Assembly (NCBI GenBank): GCA_001600695.1
Contig: BCKQ01000017.1
Location: 237,295-301,294, forward strand
Length of the DNA stretch: 64,000 bases
Reading direction: 5' to 3'
Origin: Ascoidea asiatica JCM 7603
Lineage: Eukaryota; Fungi; Ascomycota
The notes under the pieces were generated by a model. That model was not told the origin of the DNA. It was given only the letters and a program-made list of their open reading frames with translations, and did no database searches. Both the position numbers and the translations under genes were made by a program. Below are positions 1 through 11,235 of the stretch, in pieces. Positions within the stretch are counted from its first letter, which is position 1. Each line of letters starts with the position of its first letter.

Positions 1-213
1 CTTTTTCAGATAATATGTTTAAACTATAAATTGATCAAACAAAAATTTGGTAGAATGGTTCGCGAAATAATAAAACAAGAAAATTCATTAAGCATTAGTG
101 AAATTATATAAATTATCAAGTATTTATAGGACTATATAATAGATTTAGACAGACAGTCAGACAAAAAGATACGAATAGATAGAAAATTGTCATATTATGC
201 TAGAGTAAATAAC

Positions 214-1137
214 TTAATGACCACCACTACCAAGTTCAACTGATTTTGGACAATTAAGAGCAGGTTTAAGAGAACCATAAATAGTAAATTGTAAAGAAGT
301 AAGAGTACCAACCATAAGAAGACGGGTTGGTAAACCAGCAAATGAACCTCTAACACCTAATTCTTTAGCTAATTGACCTAATAAACCTACAGTTGATTGA
401 CCTGGAGCTTTTTTAGTTTTATTAACTTTAGATAATAAAGTATCAGCAGGTTGAGAAACAAAAGCAGCAGCAAAACCAGCAATAACACCAGAACCTAAAT
501 TAATAGTAGTTAATTGAGTTGAAGACATTTCAGATTTTGGAGTTGGAATTAAACCAAAAATAGCTTCAGAAGCTCTTTCATAAGTTAAAAATTTAGCAAT
601 ATTATAAGGAATTTGTTTGAATAAAATTGGAGTAAAACCATTATAAAAACCACCAAGACCTTCTTCTTTAAATATTCTTGAAAAACCACCAACTAAACCA
701 TTAGCAAAAGAAGGTTGAGAAACTAAACGAATACGAGTAGCTTCTAAAGGACAAAGAGCAATATCAGCAAAAAATTCAGCAATTGCAGCAGAACCAATAT
801 AAACTGAATTTTTATAATTAGTTGCAGTTTCAACACCTAAAATATCAATAAAAGTTTTTTTAAATAATTCATAACCACCGAATTTGAAAGCACCTTGTAA
901 AGAATAACCTAAAATAGTTGGACCTAAACCAGTTAAAAGAGCACCTGCACCTTCTTCACTAACAATTTTTTTGGCAGTTGGAAATAAACCATTATAAACA
1001 GTTGGTTCTAATTGAATTCTAGTTTTGATAACATCAATAGGAGTCATGGAACCATGAGTAACACCACAACCAATAGCACCTGCTAAGGCAAATTTTGAAT
1101 AATCGGAAATACCGTAAGATGGAATTTCAGAAGCCAT
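214..1137 (-). CDS. MIR1: Mitochondrial phosphate carrier
   Basis: Three carrier repeats with PxDxxK/R-type signatures ([24 protein letters not shown]); [14 protein letters not shown] and [10 protein letters not shown] are typical of phosphate carriers. Confidence 0.95.
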   Translation of the reverse strand: MASEIPSYGISDYSKFALAGAIGCGVTHGSMTPIDVIKTRIQLEPTVYNGLFPTAKKIVSEEGAGALLTGLGPTILGYSLQGAFKFGGYELFKKTFIDILGVETATNYKNSVYIGSAAIAEFFADIALCPLEATRIRLVSQPSFANGLVGGFSRIFKEEGLGGFYNGFTPILFKQIPYNIAKFLTYERASEAIFGLIPTPKSEMSSTQLTTINLGSGVIAGFAAAFVSQPADTLLSKVNKTKKAPGQSTVGLLGQLAKELGVRGSFAGLPTRLLMVGTLTSLQFTIYGSLKPALNCPKSVELGSGGH

Positions 1138-2381
1138 TTTTAATAAATATAAATATATATACAGAATATATGGTTTTTTTTAGTTTTAAACTTTTTTTTT
1201 TTTTTTGGTTTTAATTAAATTAATTTATAATTTAATGATAAAGGGAATATAGGCAATAAGATAAAAATAATTATTAAAATTTGATTTAATGATTATTTTC
1301 TACAGTTTTAAATCTAAAATTATTTAAAATTAAAAATGAAATATAAAATATGAATATAAAAATCTATTGAAGAATCTTAAAATAAATAGAAATATATATA
1401 AAAAAAAAGATATCAAAACCAATAATAAAGATAATTCATTCAATTAATATATTGTATGTAAGAGAGTGATTTGACTGTTTCAAACACGGCCTATTAAAAA
1501 AATAAAAAAAAAGAAAGGAATATTTCATGGGCAGTGGAAATACCGTACTTTAGCAGAGTGAGTGTGGACCGCTAGAGCAGTGCTGGGTCGGAATAGAGTT
1601 GTGTTAGTGGATAAAAAGAAAAAGTGAAAAATATTTCTTTCCAGACGACCAGATCTACGGCGTATAATTGGCTGGCAACGGCACTCTTACCCGGACACCC
1701 CTGGCTGGGATCGATCTCCAGCGCAATTTCCTCGCGACCCTCGCCAAAGCAGTAAAAAAGCCAAAACGTTTCTTCTTTTTCGTGACAATTTATTTAATAA
1801 GCACTGTACAGGGACTGCAGCTTAAAGCAGAAGTACTCGTAGTCTGGCCTTAACGACCACCATCGACGAACTTTTTTGACGAACCACTGCCAAAGCTCAG
1901 CCACAGAAGCTCCCTGAAAGGCAAATGACTGGCTAGGATGTTAGAGCCCTGCTCGTTTACTGTGAAATGTTGTTTTTTAACGCTACTTTAAAAAATTACG
2001 TAATGAGATGCTTTTTCCGATTCCGGATTTCTGTATTGAAAATCCGAGTTCTTTAACTATGCATTGTAGTTTTTCCGCTTCTTTCAACGCACTTCCCAAA
2101 AGAGGTTGTTTATGTGGGCTCTACGTAAATTAATACCAAAACCTCATTCACAGATCACAAATCATATCAAGATATTAAGCTTCTTATGATATTACTGACA
2201 TTATCACTGATAATATTAATAAGATATTATCACACCAATAGGTATTTTGAGACTAATCCAGAGAAATCAGAAGAGTTTACTTCTTCTAGGGGAATCTCTT
2301 GAGAAAAGTTATTTGATTTAATGAGGCACCAAATAAAAGATAAATATTAATTGATTATCTTATAATGATTTTATTTGAATA

Positions 2382-3152
2382 TCATTTGGCATCATCTGGA
2401 AGAAATTCGTAATCATATAAAAATTTAGAAATTGATTGAAATAATTCTTCAATATTTTCATTGTTTTTCGATGAACATTCAAAAAAGCCATTTGCATATA
2501 ATTCATAAGTTAATTTTTCACAATCTTTTAGTTTAACCACATAGTTATTTATGTTATTATAATTATAATTATCATTAACATTTTCATTATCATTATCATT
2601 GATAGTTTCATTGAATTTTTTTTTTTTTTTAGATTGAAATTTTATTAAAAATTTAGAAAAATTATTTTTTTTTTCCATAGAAAATGAAGATTTATTTTGA
2701 ATATTCTTAAAACATTCAATTTTTAAATCTCCTTTTAAAGCAACTATGAAAAATGGTATTTTAATATTTAATTTTTCTTTAGAATATAAAATTATTTTAT
2801 ACCATAATTTTTTTATATCTAGATATGATTCATAATTATCATATGAACAACAAATTAATATGAAATCAATACTTTTTAAATCATATAATAAATCAATAAA
2901 ATTTATAATATCATTTTCATTTTTATTAAAATTGAAATTTAATAATATTTCTGAATTTAAATCATTTATATTTAAACATAATTTAAATCCATAATTATAT
3001 ATATTAACATCAATTGGATCTAAAAATGAAGGTAAATTATCCTTTATTGGCAACTTTCCATTATTTTTTAATGCCATTAATAATGAAGTTTTACCAATTT
3101 TAGAATTTCCAACAACAAGAAGTTTTTTCTTTAATATTGTTACTTTCTTCAT
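2382..3152 (-). CDS. Highly divergent Rho-family GTPase-like protein, probable pseudo-GTPase
   Basis: KKLLVVGNSKIGKTSLL (G1), VALKGDL (G4) and FFECSSK (G5) in the correct order; G3 reads DLNSE instead of DTAGQE; no C-terminal CAAX. Confidence 0.75.
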   Translation of the reverse strand: MKKVTILKKKLLVVGNSKIGKTSLLMALKNNGKLPIKDNLPSFLDPIDVNIYNYGFKLCLNINDLNSEILLNFNFNKNENDIINFIDLLYDLKSIDFILICCSYDNYESYLDIKKLWYKIILYSKEKLNIKIPFFIVALKGDLKIECFKNIQNKSSFSMEKKNNFSKFLIKFQSKKKKKFNETINDNDNENVNDNYNYNNINNYVVKLKDCEKLTYELYANGFFECSSKNNENIEELFQSISKFLYDYEFLPDDAK

Positions 3153-3240
3153 TATTTATTCTTTGATTTCTTTCTCTTTTGAAATTTTGATTTATTTTAT
3201 CTCTTTGATATATATTTAGCTACTCAATAACTTTTAAAGA

Positions 3241-3260
3241 ATATATATATATATATATAT
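3241..3260. repeat. (AT)n microsatellite
   Basis: Seen directly, ~10 units. Confidence 0.9.
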
Positions 3261-4647
3261 TTCAAAAGTCATATTTTCAAAAAGCTATCATTATAACTAT
3301 TTACTTTACCATTTTTTTCAACAGTTATTTGATTACTCAATTTTTCAATTATATCATTATTGTTTAATGCTTCTTTAATAACTTGATCATCCCTTTGCTT
3401 CACAATAAGAATTATACCCTCAAGATCAGACATACCCCTTCATATTGGACTATTCTTCTTTTTTATCATTATGTTTCAAGAATTAAAATCAAATCATTTG
3501 TTTTAATGGTGTTATAAAAATGTTTCAGGAATATCGATAAATATATGAAAAATCAGATAGCACGCAGAGAGCTGCCTTATAGCGTACAAAAAAGTATATT
3601 AATGTATGTGAAGGTATACTCATGTACAAACACATTAAAATGCATGTATATAACCGTACCCACGTTTTTGTGCATATCTCATAATTCCAGATTGGTGGGT
3701 CCAATGTACTTCTTTAAATCACGTGCCTCGCGGGAAATGATTTTTGTAAACAAAACACATAAACATAAAAACAACAAAGATAAATAGAAATAAATATAAA
3801 TATAAACAAAAACAAACAAATGGAAAAGAATTGAAATAGTGAGAACATCTTCAGCAAACCCTTTTCCACAACCTCTTTTTTCTGTTTTGGTTATTATCCT
3901 CTTTTCTATTCTCATATCGCGTATTATTGTTTTATCATCTTATCCTTTTATCTGTTAGTGAAATTAAATTCAATTTCAAATTCAAAATTTAGAATTAGAA
4001 TTAATTATTATAGAAAAATAATAACTAGAAAATAAAAGTGAATCTAGTGAATATAATTATTTAATCATTATATTATTATTTCAGTATATGCTATCTATTA
4101 TTGCATAAGATTAGCAACAAAATTAAAATTTATAAAACAATATTTTATTAATAATTTATCTACAATTAAATCTAAAATCATAATCGGAATTAAAATCGGA
4201 ATCTGGAATTGGAATTGGAATTAAAATTAGAATTAGAATTAGAACTAGAATTATAATAGGAAATAAAATAATTAATCAATATTGTTAATATAATCAATAT
4301 ACTTATTTCAATAGTTTATTTTGTATTTTTTAATGTCAGTTTTTAATTTGCTAATATTTCAAAACTTTTCAAATTCAAGCATAATCTAGAGATTAACATA
4401 AATTATATTAACCTTTTTTGCTGAATGTTATCTAGAAACAATTAAAATTGTTATTAAATTTTACTCATTTATTCACTTCATTCCTCATAACACTTAAAAT
4501 AATATCATCTTATTTGATATTTCATATCTCGTATCTTATATTTCATATTTCATATCATATAACAAATTTATATCTACAAATATTTGAAATAAAAATAAAC
4601 ATAATTAAAAGCTTATTAAATTTTCAAAAAAATTTAGGCAAAAAAAT

Positions 4648-7272
4648 ATGCCTCCAAGAAAAAAAAATACAAATGCAAAAAAGAAATCTGTAGTTTCAAC
4701 TTTATCAAATTCATCAAATAAAAGTATAGATAATAATTTAATTAAAACAAATAAAATAAGTAAAATATTAACTAGATCTAAAAATTTGAGATCAAATTCT
4801 TCAATTATTAATAATTCTTCTATAATTTATTCTTCTCAAAATAATATTAATTATTCTCAAATAGAAGATGATGACGGTTTTCAATTCACTAGATTATCAA
4901 ATACTTCTTCAATAATTAATGATAATAAATCTAATAGATCTTTAAAGTCTATAAAATCAAATAATAAATCATATTTTTCAACAAATAATATTCTTGAAGA
5001 TATAAATGAAAATGAGGAATCTGATCAAAGTTTTATTCGACAAAATAATTTAATACCCATTAATATTAAAAAGGAAAAAAAAGGGAAATTAATATTGAAT
5101 GGAAACAACAATCAAAATAATAATCGCAATGTTAATCGTAGTCTTAATAATAAATTAATATCAAAAAAAAAAGATAGAGGGGAAAACAATTTAATAGCTT
5201 TAAACTTTGACAATAATAATATAGAAAATAACAAAGATTTCAAAAAAATAAAAGTAAAAACAAAAACAGCAAAGCCAAAAACGGTTAAATCAAAATCTAC
5301 AAAAGTAACAAAATCTTCGAGTAAAAAAAGAAAGCATGAGAAAGATAATGTGGAAAATAATCGGGATATTTTTTTCAATAATAATGATAAAGATAATACT
5401 CAAAAACCAGAAAGAAAATCAAAAAGACAGAAAAATTCTTCAACTCAAAAAAATTATTCTCATGAAAATGATTTGATTGATATTGATTCAAGTTTAATTG
5501 ATAAAGTAATACTTAAACCAAAGTCAAAATCATATTCAAAACAAGAAATAAAAGATAGATCAAGTTCAGATGAAATAATTGGTAATACAATTATAAAATC
5601 AAAAGTAAGAAGTTCCAATTCTTTGAAAGAAAAAAAAATTCAAAATGGTAAAAAAGAAAATCAGAAAGAAAGTCAATTAAAAAGGTCTATAAAATCTACT
5701 TTAATCACAAGTGAAGATGAGAATGTAATAGAGAATAATGTCGAAGAAGATGATGATCTTATTATTGTTTCAAAAAATCAGAATAATGAATTGATTAATA
5801 ACTTAAATAATACTAAGAAGATTAAATCTAAGAAAAACATAAAACATAATAAGACTTCTAAAAGTGATAATTTAGATAAAAAACGAGATAAAAAACAAAT
5901 TATAAAAATTCACAAAATAAGTAAAAATGAAGAATATTTACAAATTGAATCAATAGAAAAACAAAAATTACAAATATCAGATTCTCCAATACGGCGAAAT
6001 CAAAATAATAAAAATAATAATTATCAATCAGATATAGTACAAAGAAGATCATCTTTAGGTCAAAGAGGTAAAAGAACATCTTCTATTGGAAATGGATTCA
6101 TTGCAACACCTCATAATGATACAGATCCTAAAACTTTTTATAAACATTTTGATTCATCATTACCAGATCCTCATAAGATGAGACAACTTTTAGTGTGGTG
6201 TTTTAAAAGACAACAAACTATTGATAATTTAAAAAAAGAAGATTATAATTCAAGATCAAAATCAAGAAGTAAAAAGAATAAAGAAGAAAAACGAAATATG
6301 GAAATAGCTAAAAATATTGCGAAAGTAATAAAAGATGAAATAATAAAAGATTTAGCAGATGGAAAAATAAATACATCTTGGTGGAATCATAATGATAATA
6401 TTAATATTGATAGAGATTCTAAAAGTATTAAACGTTTACCAAATAGTCAAAATATAATGAATAAAACAAATTTAATTATATTTCAAAAGAAATTGGCAGA
6501 ACTTCAAAAAGAAAGTAAATCTTGGGAAAATATAAATTCTAAATATATTTCTAATGATGAATCAATAAATTCCAAATTTAAAGAAGAAATTTTAAATAAA
6601 ACAAAAGAAATTAAAAATAAATTAAATGAAAAATTAAATGAAAAATTAAATATTGATGAAAAAATTAAATTAATTGAATTGGAAATTGAAGAAAATAAAA
6701 TTAAAAATAAAAAAGAAAATGAAAAAGTTAAAGAAAAATTAAATTCATTAGATTTAAAAGATTCAAAAGATTTAATTAAAAATTTTGAAAAAATTGATAA
6801 AAGTTTTGATAATGAATTTTTTCCTTTAGTTCAAAAATTTACTGAATTTTCTATGAAATTAGGATCAAATGATAAAATAATGTCAATTTATAATGAAAAA
6901 GAAATTAAAAAATATGATAAATTGATCAAGGATTATACTAATAAAATAAATGTTGATGAAGCATCAATATTTAAAAATAATAATGAAGAATTTGAAAATG
7001 ATAGTAATAATTCTTTAGTTTCTTTAGATTCAGATTTAGATTCAAATTCAGATTCAGATTCAAACGAAATAGAAATGGAAATGGAAATGGAAATGGAAAT
7101 GGAAATGGAAAATGAAAAAGTTAATAGAAAAAAGAAAGATAAAGAGAAAGATAAAGATAAGGAAAAAGAGAGAGAATTAGAAATTGAATTGAAAAAGAAA
7201 TTAGAAATTATGGAGAATATTGATCAAATTGATTTATTAAAAGGAATATCAAGAATTGATCATAATAAGTAA
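4648..7272 (+). CDS. DSN1: Kinetochore MIND/Mis12-complex subunit Dsn1/Mis13 with long Asn/Lys/Ser-rich N-terminus
   Basis: RRSSLGQRGKRTSSIGNG...PHND...FYKHFDSSLPDPHKMRQLLVWC and INTSWW...LPNSQN match the Dsn1/Mis13 core. Confidence 0.88.
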   Translation: MPPRKKNTNAKKKSVVSTLSNSSNKSIDNNLIKTNKISKILTRSKNLRSNSSIINNSSIIYSSQNNINYSQIEDDDGFQFTRLSNTSSIINDNKSNRSLKSIKSNNKSYFSTNNILEDINENEESDQSFIRQNNLIPINIKKEKKGKLILNGNNNQNNNRNVNRSLNNKLISKKKDRGENNLIALNFDNNNIENNKDFKKIKVKTKTAKPKTVKSKSTKVTKSSSKKRKHEKDNVENNRDIFFNNNDKDNTQKPERKSKRQKNSSTQKNYSHENDLIDIDSSLIDKVILKPKSKSYSKQEIKDRSSSDEIIGNTIIKSKVRSSNSLKEKKIQNGKKENQKESQLKRSIKSTLITSEDENVIENNVEEDDDLIIVSKNQNNELINNLNNTKKIKSKKNIKHNKTSKSDNLDKKRDKKQIIKIHKISKNEEYLQIESIEKQKLQISDSPIRRNQNNKNNNYQSDIVQRRSSLGQRGKRTSSIGNGFIATPHNDTDPKTFYKHFDSSLPDPHKMRQLLVWCFKRQQTIDNLKKEDYNSRSKSRSKKNKEEKRNMEIAKNIAKVIKDEIIKDLADGKINTSWWNHNDNINIDRDSKSIKRLPNSQNIMNKTNLIIFQKKLAELQKESKSWENINSKYISNDESINSKFKEEILNKTKEIKNKLNEKLNEKLNIDEKIKLIELEIEENKIKNKKENEKVKEKLNSLDLKDSKDLIKNFEKIDKSFDNEFFPLVQKFTEFSMKLGSNDKIMSIYNEKEIKKYDKLIKDYTNKINVDEASIFKNNNEEFENDSNNSLVSLDSDLDSNSDSDSNEIEMEMEMEMEMEMENEKVNRKKKDKEKDKDKEKERELEIELKKKLEIMENIDQIDLLKGISRIDHNK

Positions 7273-7783
7273 ATAAATAAATTTTTTTGAATTGTAAATT
7301 AGTCAGTCCATTTATTAATGAAAATTAAAATGATCAAGGATGTTATTATTATTTTTGTTTTTTATAAGTTGTTATTTTTATTACGGTTATTGTTAATATG
7401 GTTATTGTTAATGTGATGCTTTTTTTTTAATTTATTTAGTGTATAATAGTAAATTTTGTTTATTTGTATGATTAGAATATTATTTTCAGTAAAGTTAGTT
7501 AATTGTGTTGTAGAAGGATGATAATTAGAAATTAAATAAATAAAATATAAAAAACAAAAAAACAATTGAGACCGGAATTGGGGATCTTTTTAGAAAAATA
7601 GATCATGTGACTTTTGTTAGCTTTTCTGAGAAAGAAGTCAACAAGCAGAAAGGCAATGCAACTGTGGCAGTTGAAAGAAGAGAAGAAGAAAGAAGAAAGA
7701 AGATGGAAGATGGAAGATGGAAGATGGTGGTGAAGAGTAATCAGATAACAGATAACAGAGCAGTGAATTGAAGAGCAGATGAG

Positions 7784-8334
7784 ATGTCGTACTACTTTGC
7801 TATGATAGGGACTAGAGATAATCCCATATATGAAGCAGAATTTGGAACATTCAAACAAGGAGGAGATGGAACTTCAAAAGTGAGTATTGATAATAATAGT
7901 AGTAATAGTAATAGTAATCAATGGTTATTAGATGATTGTTTTTATTATGATTAAGAGTGAAACTAACAATTTGAATTGTAAAAATTTGATAATTAATTTT
8001 TTAGTTCACAAATGAAATGAAAGAACTTAATCCATTTATAATACATTCATCATTAGATATAGTTGAAGATTTACAATGGGCAACAAATTCATTATATTTA
8101 AGAATTATTGATAATTATTATGGATATTATGTTAGTGCATATGTTACAGCAACAAATATAAAATTTTTATTATTACATGAAAATAAAAATGAAGAAAATA
8201 TTAAACAATTTTTTCTTGAAATTAATGATTTATATGTTAAAACATTAATGAATCCATTTTATACAATTAATGATCCAATAAAGAGTTTATTATTTGATGA
8301 AAAAATAAAAATATTGGCAAAGAAGTTTCTATAG
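7784..8334 (+). CDS. TRS20: TRAPP subunit Trs20 (sedlin); exons 7784-7879 and 8005-8334
   Basis: Exon 1 MSYYFAMIGTRDNPIYEAEFGTFKQGGDGTSK joins in phase 0 to FTNEMKELNPFIIHSSLDIVED; intron GTGAGT...AACTAAC (7961-7967)...TAG (8004). Confidence 0.93.
7880..8004 (+). other. Spliceosomal intron of TRS20 (125 nt)
   Basis: GTGAGT donor, AACTAAC branch, TAG acceptor; splicing restores a full sedlin frame. Confidence 0.9.
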
Positions 8335-9532
8335 AGGATAATAATAATAATAATAACAATAATACTAAAATGGTTAAATTTATAGCTTTCAATTCTCTAT
8401 CATATAAGAAAAGCACTTGAAACTTTTAAAATACTTTCCTTTCCTTTTTTTTATAGTCTGAGGCTGTGAACGAAAGGCAGAATATTCTCAATGATGAAGT
8501 GACGTTTAAAGTCTCTTGGAAATAAAACTTGAATAGAAATCCATCAACTGCAGCAGAATCAACATCAACAACACTGTTTTCAAAACGCCCGCCAGAGACC
8601 AAAGAACTGGGTCGCAGTTTTTTGCACAAGAAGTGCTTTAAAAAGCATGTTAATACATATTCATGTCACGTGATTAATTTCAAAACGAGACCATTTATGT
8701 GGTTCTTATCTGCAACAGGGTGTATGCACATGTATGTTGCTGCTAAGCCAGTATAGTGGCAAGTGCAGTGCTCCGGTGGCGCTGTGCCGTGGCGTATGCG
8801 ATTAGAGTGTTCTCGGCGTCATTTATTTCAGCTGGTCACGAGAGAACAAACACGAACACTGCAATCGATAATAATAATAATAATAAAACAACAACAATAA
8901 TATTAATAACTTGATTTAATACAATAGCAATAGAATAATAATAACATTAATAATAATAACATTAATAATAACAATCATCATAATCATTACACTTGATCTG
9001 GTTATCACCCAACTTTTGCAATTATGACTGGGTTCTATTAAATTCTTTCCTTTATTCACCAATCATTCAAATCATCTTCAATTTGACTAGAAATATTAAA
9101 TATTTCAACAGTCTTCTACTTTGAAAATGACTTGTTTCTTAATATAAACAGAACTAATTCTTATCAAAATTCTTAATTGGAATTGAAAAATTACATATTG
9201 AATTCAATGAACAATTAAAATTAAGTATCAATTCAGTTTTCAATTAAAAATTCAACAAAAAATCCAAATAAAAAAAAGCTTTTGAATGAAGTTTGTTTTT
9301 GTACCTGAGTTTATATGATTGGGAAGTCTTTTGGAATAAAAAATTTACTTTTAAAATCTTTTAATAAAATGCCTCCTTTAAAATATTTTATATAATTATA
9401 TCATACAGTATATACTATTGTACATATAATAATGTATAAAATGAATCAAAAGATCTAATACTCTATTTTACAAAACTAATGTACTTTAAATCATATATTC
9501 AATATTAATTATACTAATCAATTATTTCAATA

Positions 9533-10585
9533 ATGTCACTTTCTATGAGCTTCACTTCACATTTAAATACAAGTTCTGATTCTTTATTATCCTTTGAAGA
9601 AAATAAAAATATAAATTCAAATTATTTAAATGATATTATTAATCAAATTATTAATAATAAAGATTCAATAAATTTATATAATAATAATCCAATAGATTTA
9701 TTAAATAAATTAATCAATTTAAAAAATCCTTCTGGAAATTTAATTTCAATTAATTATCAAAAGTTTAATTATTTATCTAAATTTTTTAATCAAAATTATT
9801 TAAATTTAAAAACTATTATTGAATCAAATTCAAATATTGGTTTTAATTCTATTTTTTTCTTAAATTTAATTAATAATTTAAATTTATATGATAATACTAA
9901 TTTTTTTTATTTTATTATTGAACCAAATTTAAATTATTTTAATATTTTAAAAAATTTAATAAATTTAGTTTTTCCATTTAAAGATTCAAAACTTTTTTCA
10001 AAAAAAAATATAATTTTTTTAAATAATTCTTTAATTGATTCAATTAATATTATTAAAAAAAATTATAATATTTCAAATTTAAATTTATTATATCAAAATA
10101 ATGATTATTTAAATTTACAATTTAATAATCCTTTAAATTTTTTTCAATTAAATCAAAATTCTTCAAGTTTTTTATTAAATAATTTTAAAATTTTTGAATC
10201 TTCAAATTTAATTAATAAAAATTCAATAATCATTTCTGATAATATTTTAAATTATCAAATTAATGATTTTATAGATTATATGAATTTAATACCTTCTGAT
10301 AAATTTCAATTATCTAATTTCTTAATTCAAAATGGTTCTTATGATAATAATAATAATAATAAAAATAATAACAATAAAAAAAAATGGATTTATTTAGGTA
10401 AATGGAATTTAACTTATGAAAATAATTTAATCAAATTCTCTAATAAAGATGATGATGATATTAATAATAATAAATATAATTTCAATCAAAAAATTCATGA
10501 TGTAAAAGTTTATGATTATAAATATGAAGATGAAATTCAATTTGATGGGTTTTTAATAAGTACTTGTACAAATCTTCTTTCATAA
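9533..10585 (+). CDS. Degenerate catechol O-methyltransferase-like protein, extremely Asn-rich
   Basis: Order and spacing of blocks follow fungal COMT (NPIDLL, IIESNSNIGFNSIFF, IIEPNLNY, FKIFESSNLINKNSIIISDNIL, GKWNLTYEN, DGFLISTC), but SAM/Mg-binding residues are substituted. Confidence 0.65.
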   Translation: MSLSMSFTSHLNTSSDSLLSFEENKNINSNYLNDIINQIINNKDSINLYNNNPIDLLNKLINLKNPSGNLISINYQKFNYLSKFFNQNYLNLKTIIESNSNIGFNSIFFLNLINNLNLYDNTNFFYFIIEPNLNYFNILKNLINLVFPFKDSKLFSKKNIIFLNNSLIDSINIIKKNYNISNLNLLYQNNDYLNLQFNNPLNFFQLNQNSSSFLLNNFKIFESSNLINKNSIIISDNILNYQINDFIDYMNLIPSDKFQLSNFLIQNGSYDNNNNNKNNNNKKKWIYLGKWNLTYENNLIKFSNKDDDDINNNKYNFNQKIHDVKVYDYKYEDEIQFDGFLISTCTNLLS

Positions 10586-11235
10586 ATTTCATTCATCCTT
10601 GCATTATATTTACTCTTTTCTCTTTTCTCTTTTCTTTTTTCTTTATATATTATATAAAAGTTTCAAAATTTCATTCTCTGTGTATCTTTCATTATATCAT
10701 TAATTTCATTTCATTTCTTTTCTTTTCCATTCTCAAATGATCTTCAAATCGTTTATCTTCATTCAAATTAGATAACCATTGAAAATTTAATATTTTTCAA
10801 TAAAACATTTCAATTTATTCAAATAAATCACAAATTATGAATTAAACTCTAAATTTATATTAATTTTAATGCTAATTTTATATATTAATAATATAAAATT
10901 GTAGATAAATGTTAAAAAGTTTATATATGTGAATGAAGAGGTAAAAAATAAAAATAAAAAAAAAAAGTATTAAAAATGAAATAAAAATGAAGCTATAAAC
11001 TCAAAAATGAAAAACTATTCAAAAATAAAAATTTAAATAAATTAAGAATAAAAATTGTTTTTAAAAATTCAATTTTGGTTAACTGAATTTTTTTTCACCT
11101 ATTATCATGAAGAGATAATTAGAACAAATTAAAATGAAAAAAAAAATTAAAAAATACTTCCAAAATCTCCAATTTAAATATTACCAATCCAAAAAAATGA
11201 GGATAAAAAGATAAATGTATATAAAAAAAAAATCA

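Noticed and set aside
7602-8674. CDEI-like words GTCACATG (minus strand near 7604-7611) and GTCACGTG (8665) as a point centromere
   Set aside because: No ~80-160 bp very AT-rich CDEII followed by a CDEIII at proper spacing; better explained as bHLH promoter sites
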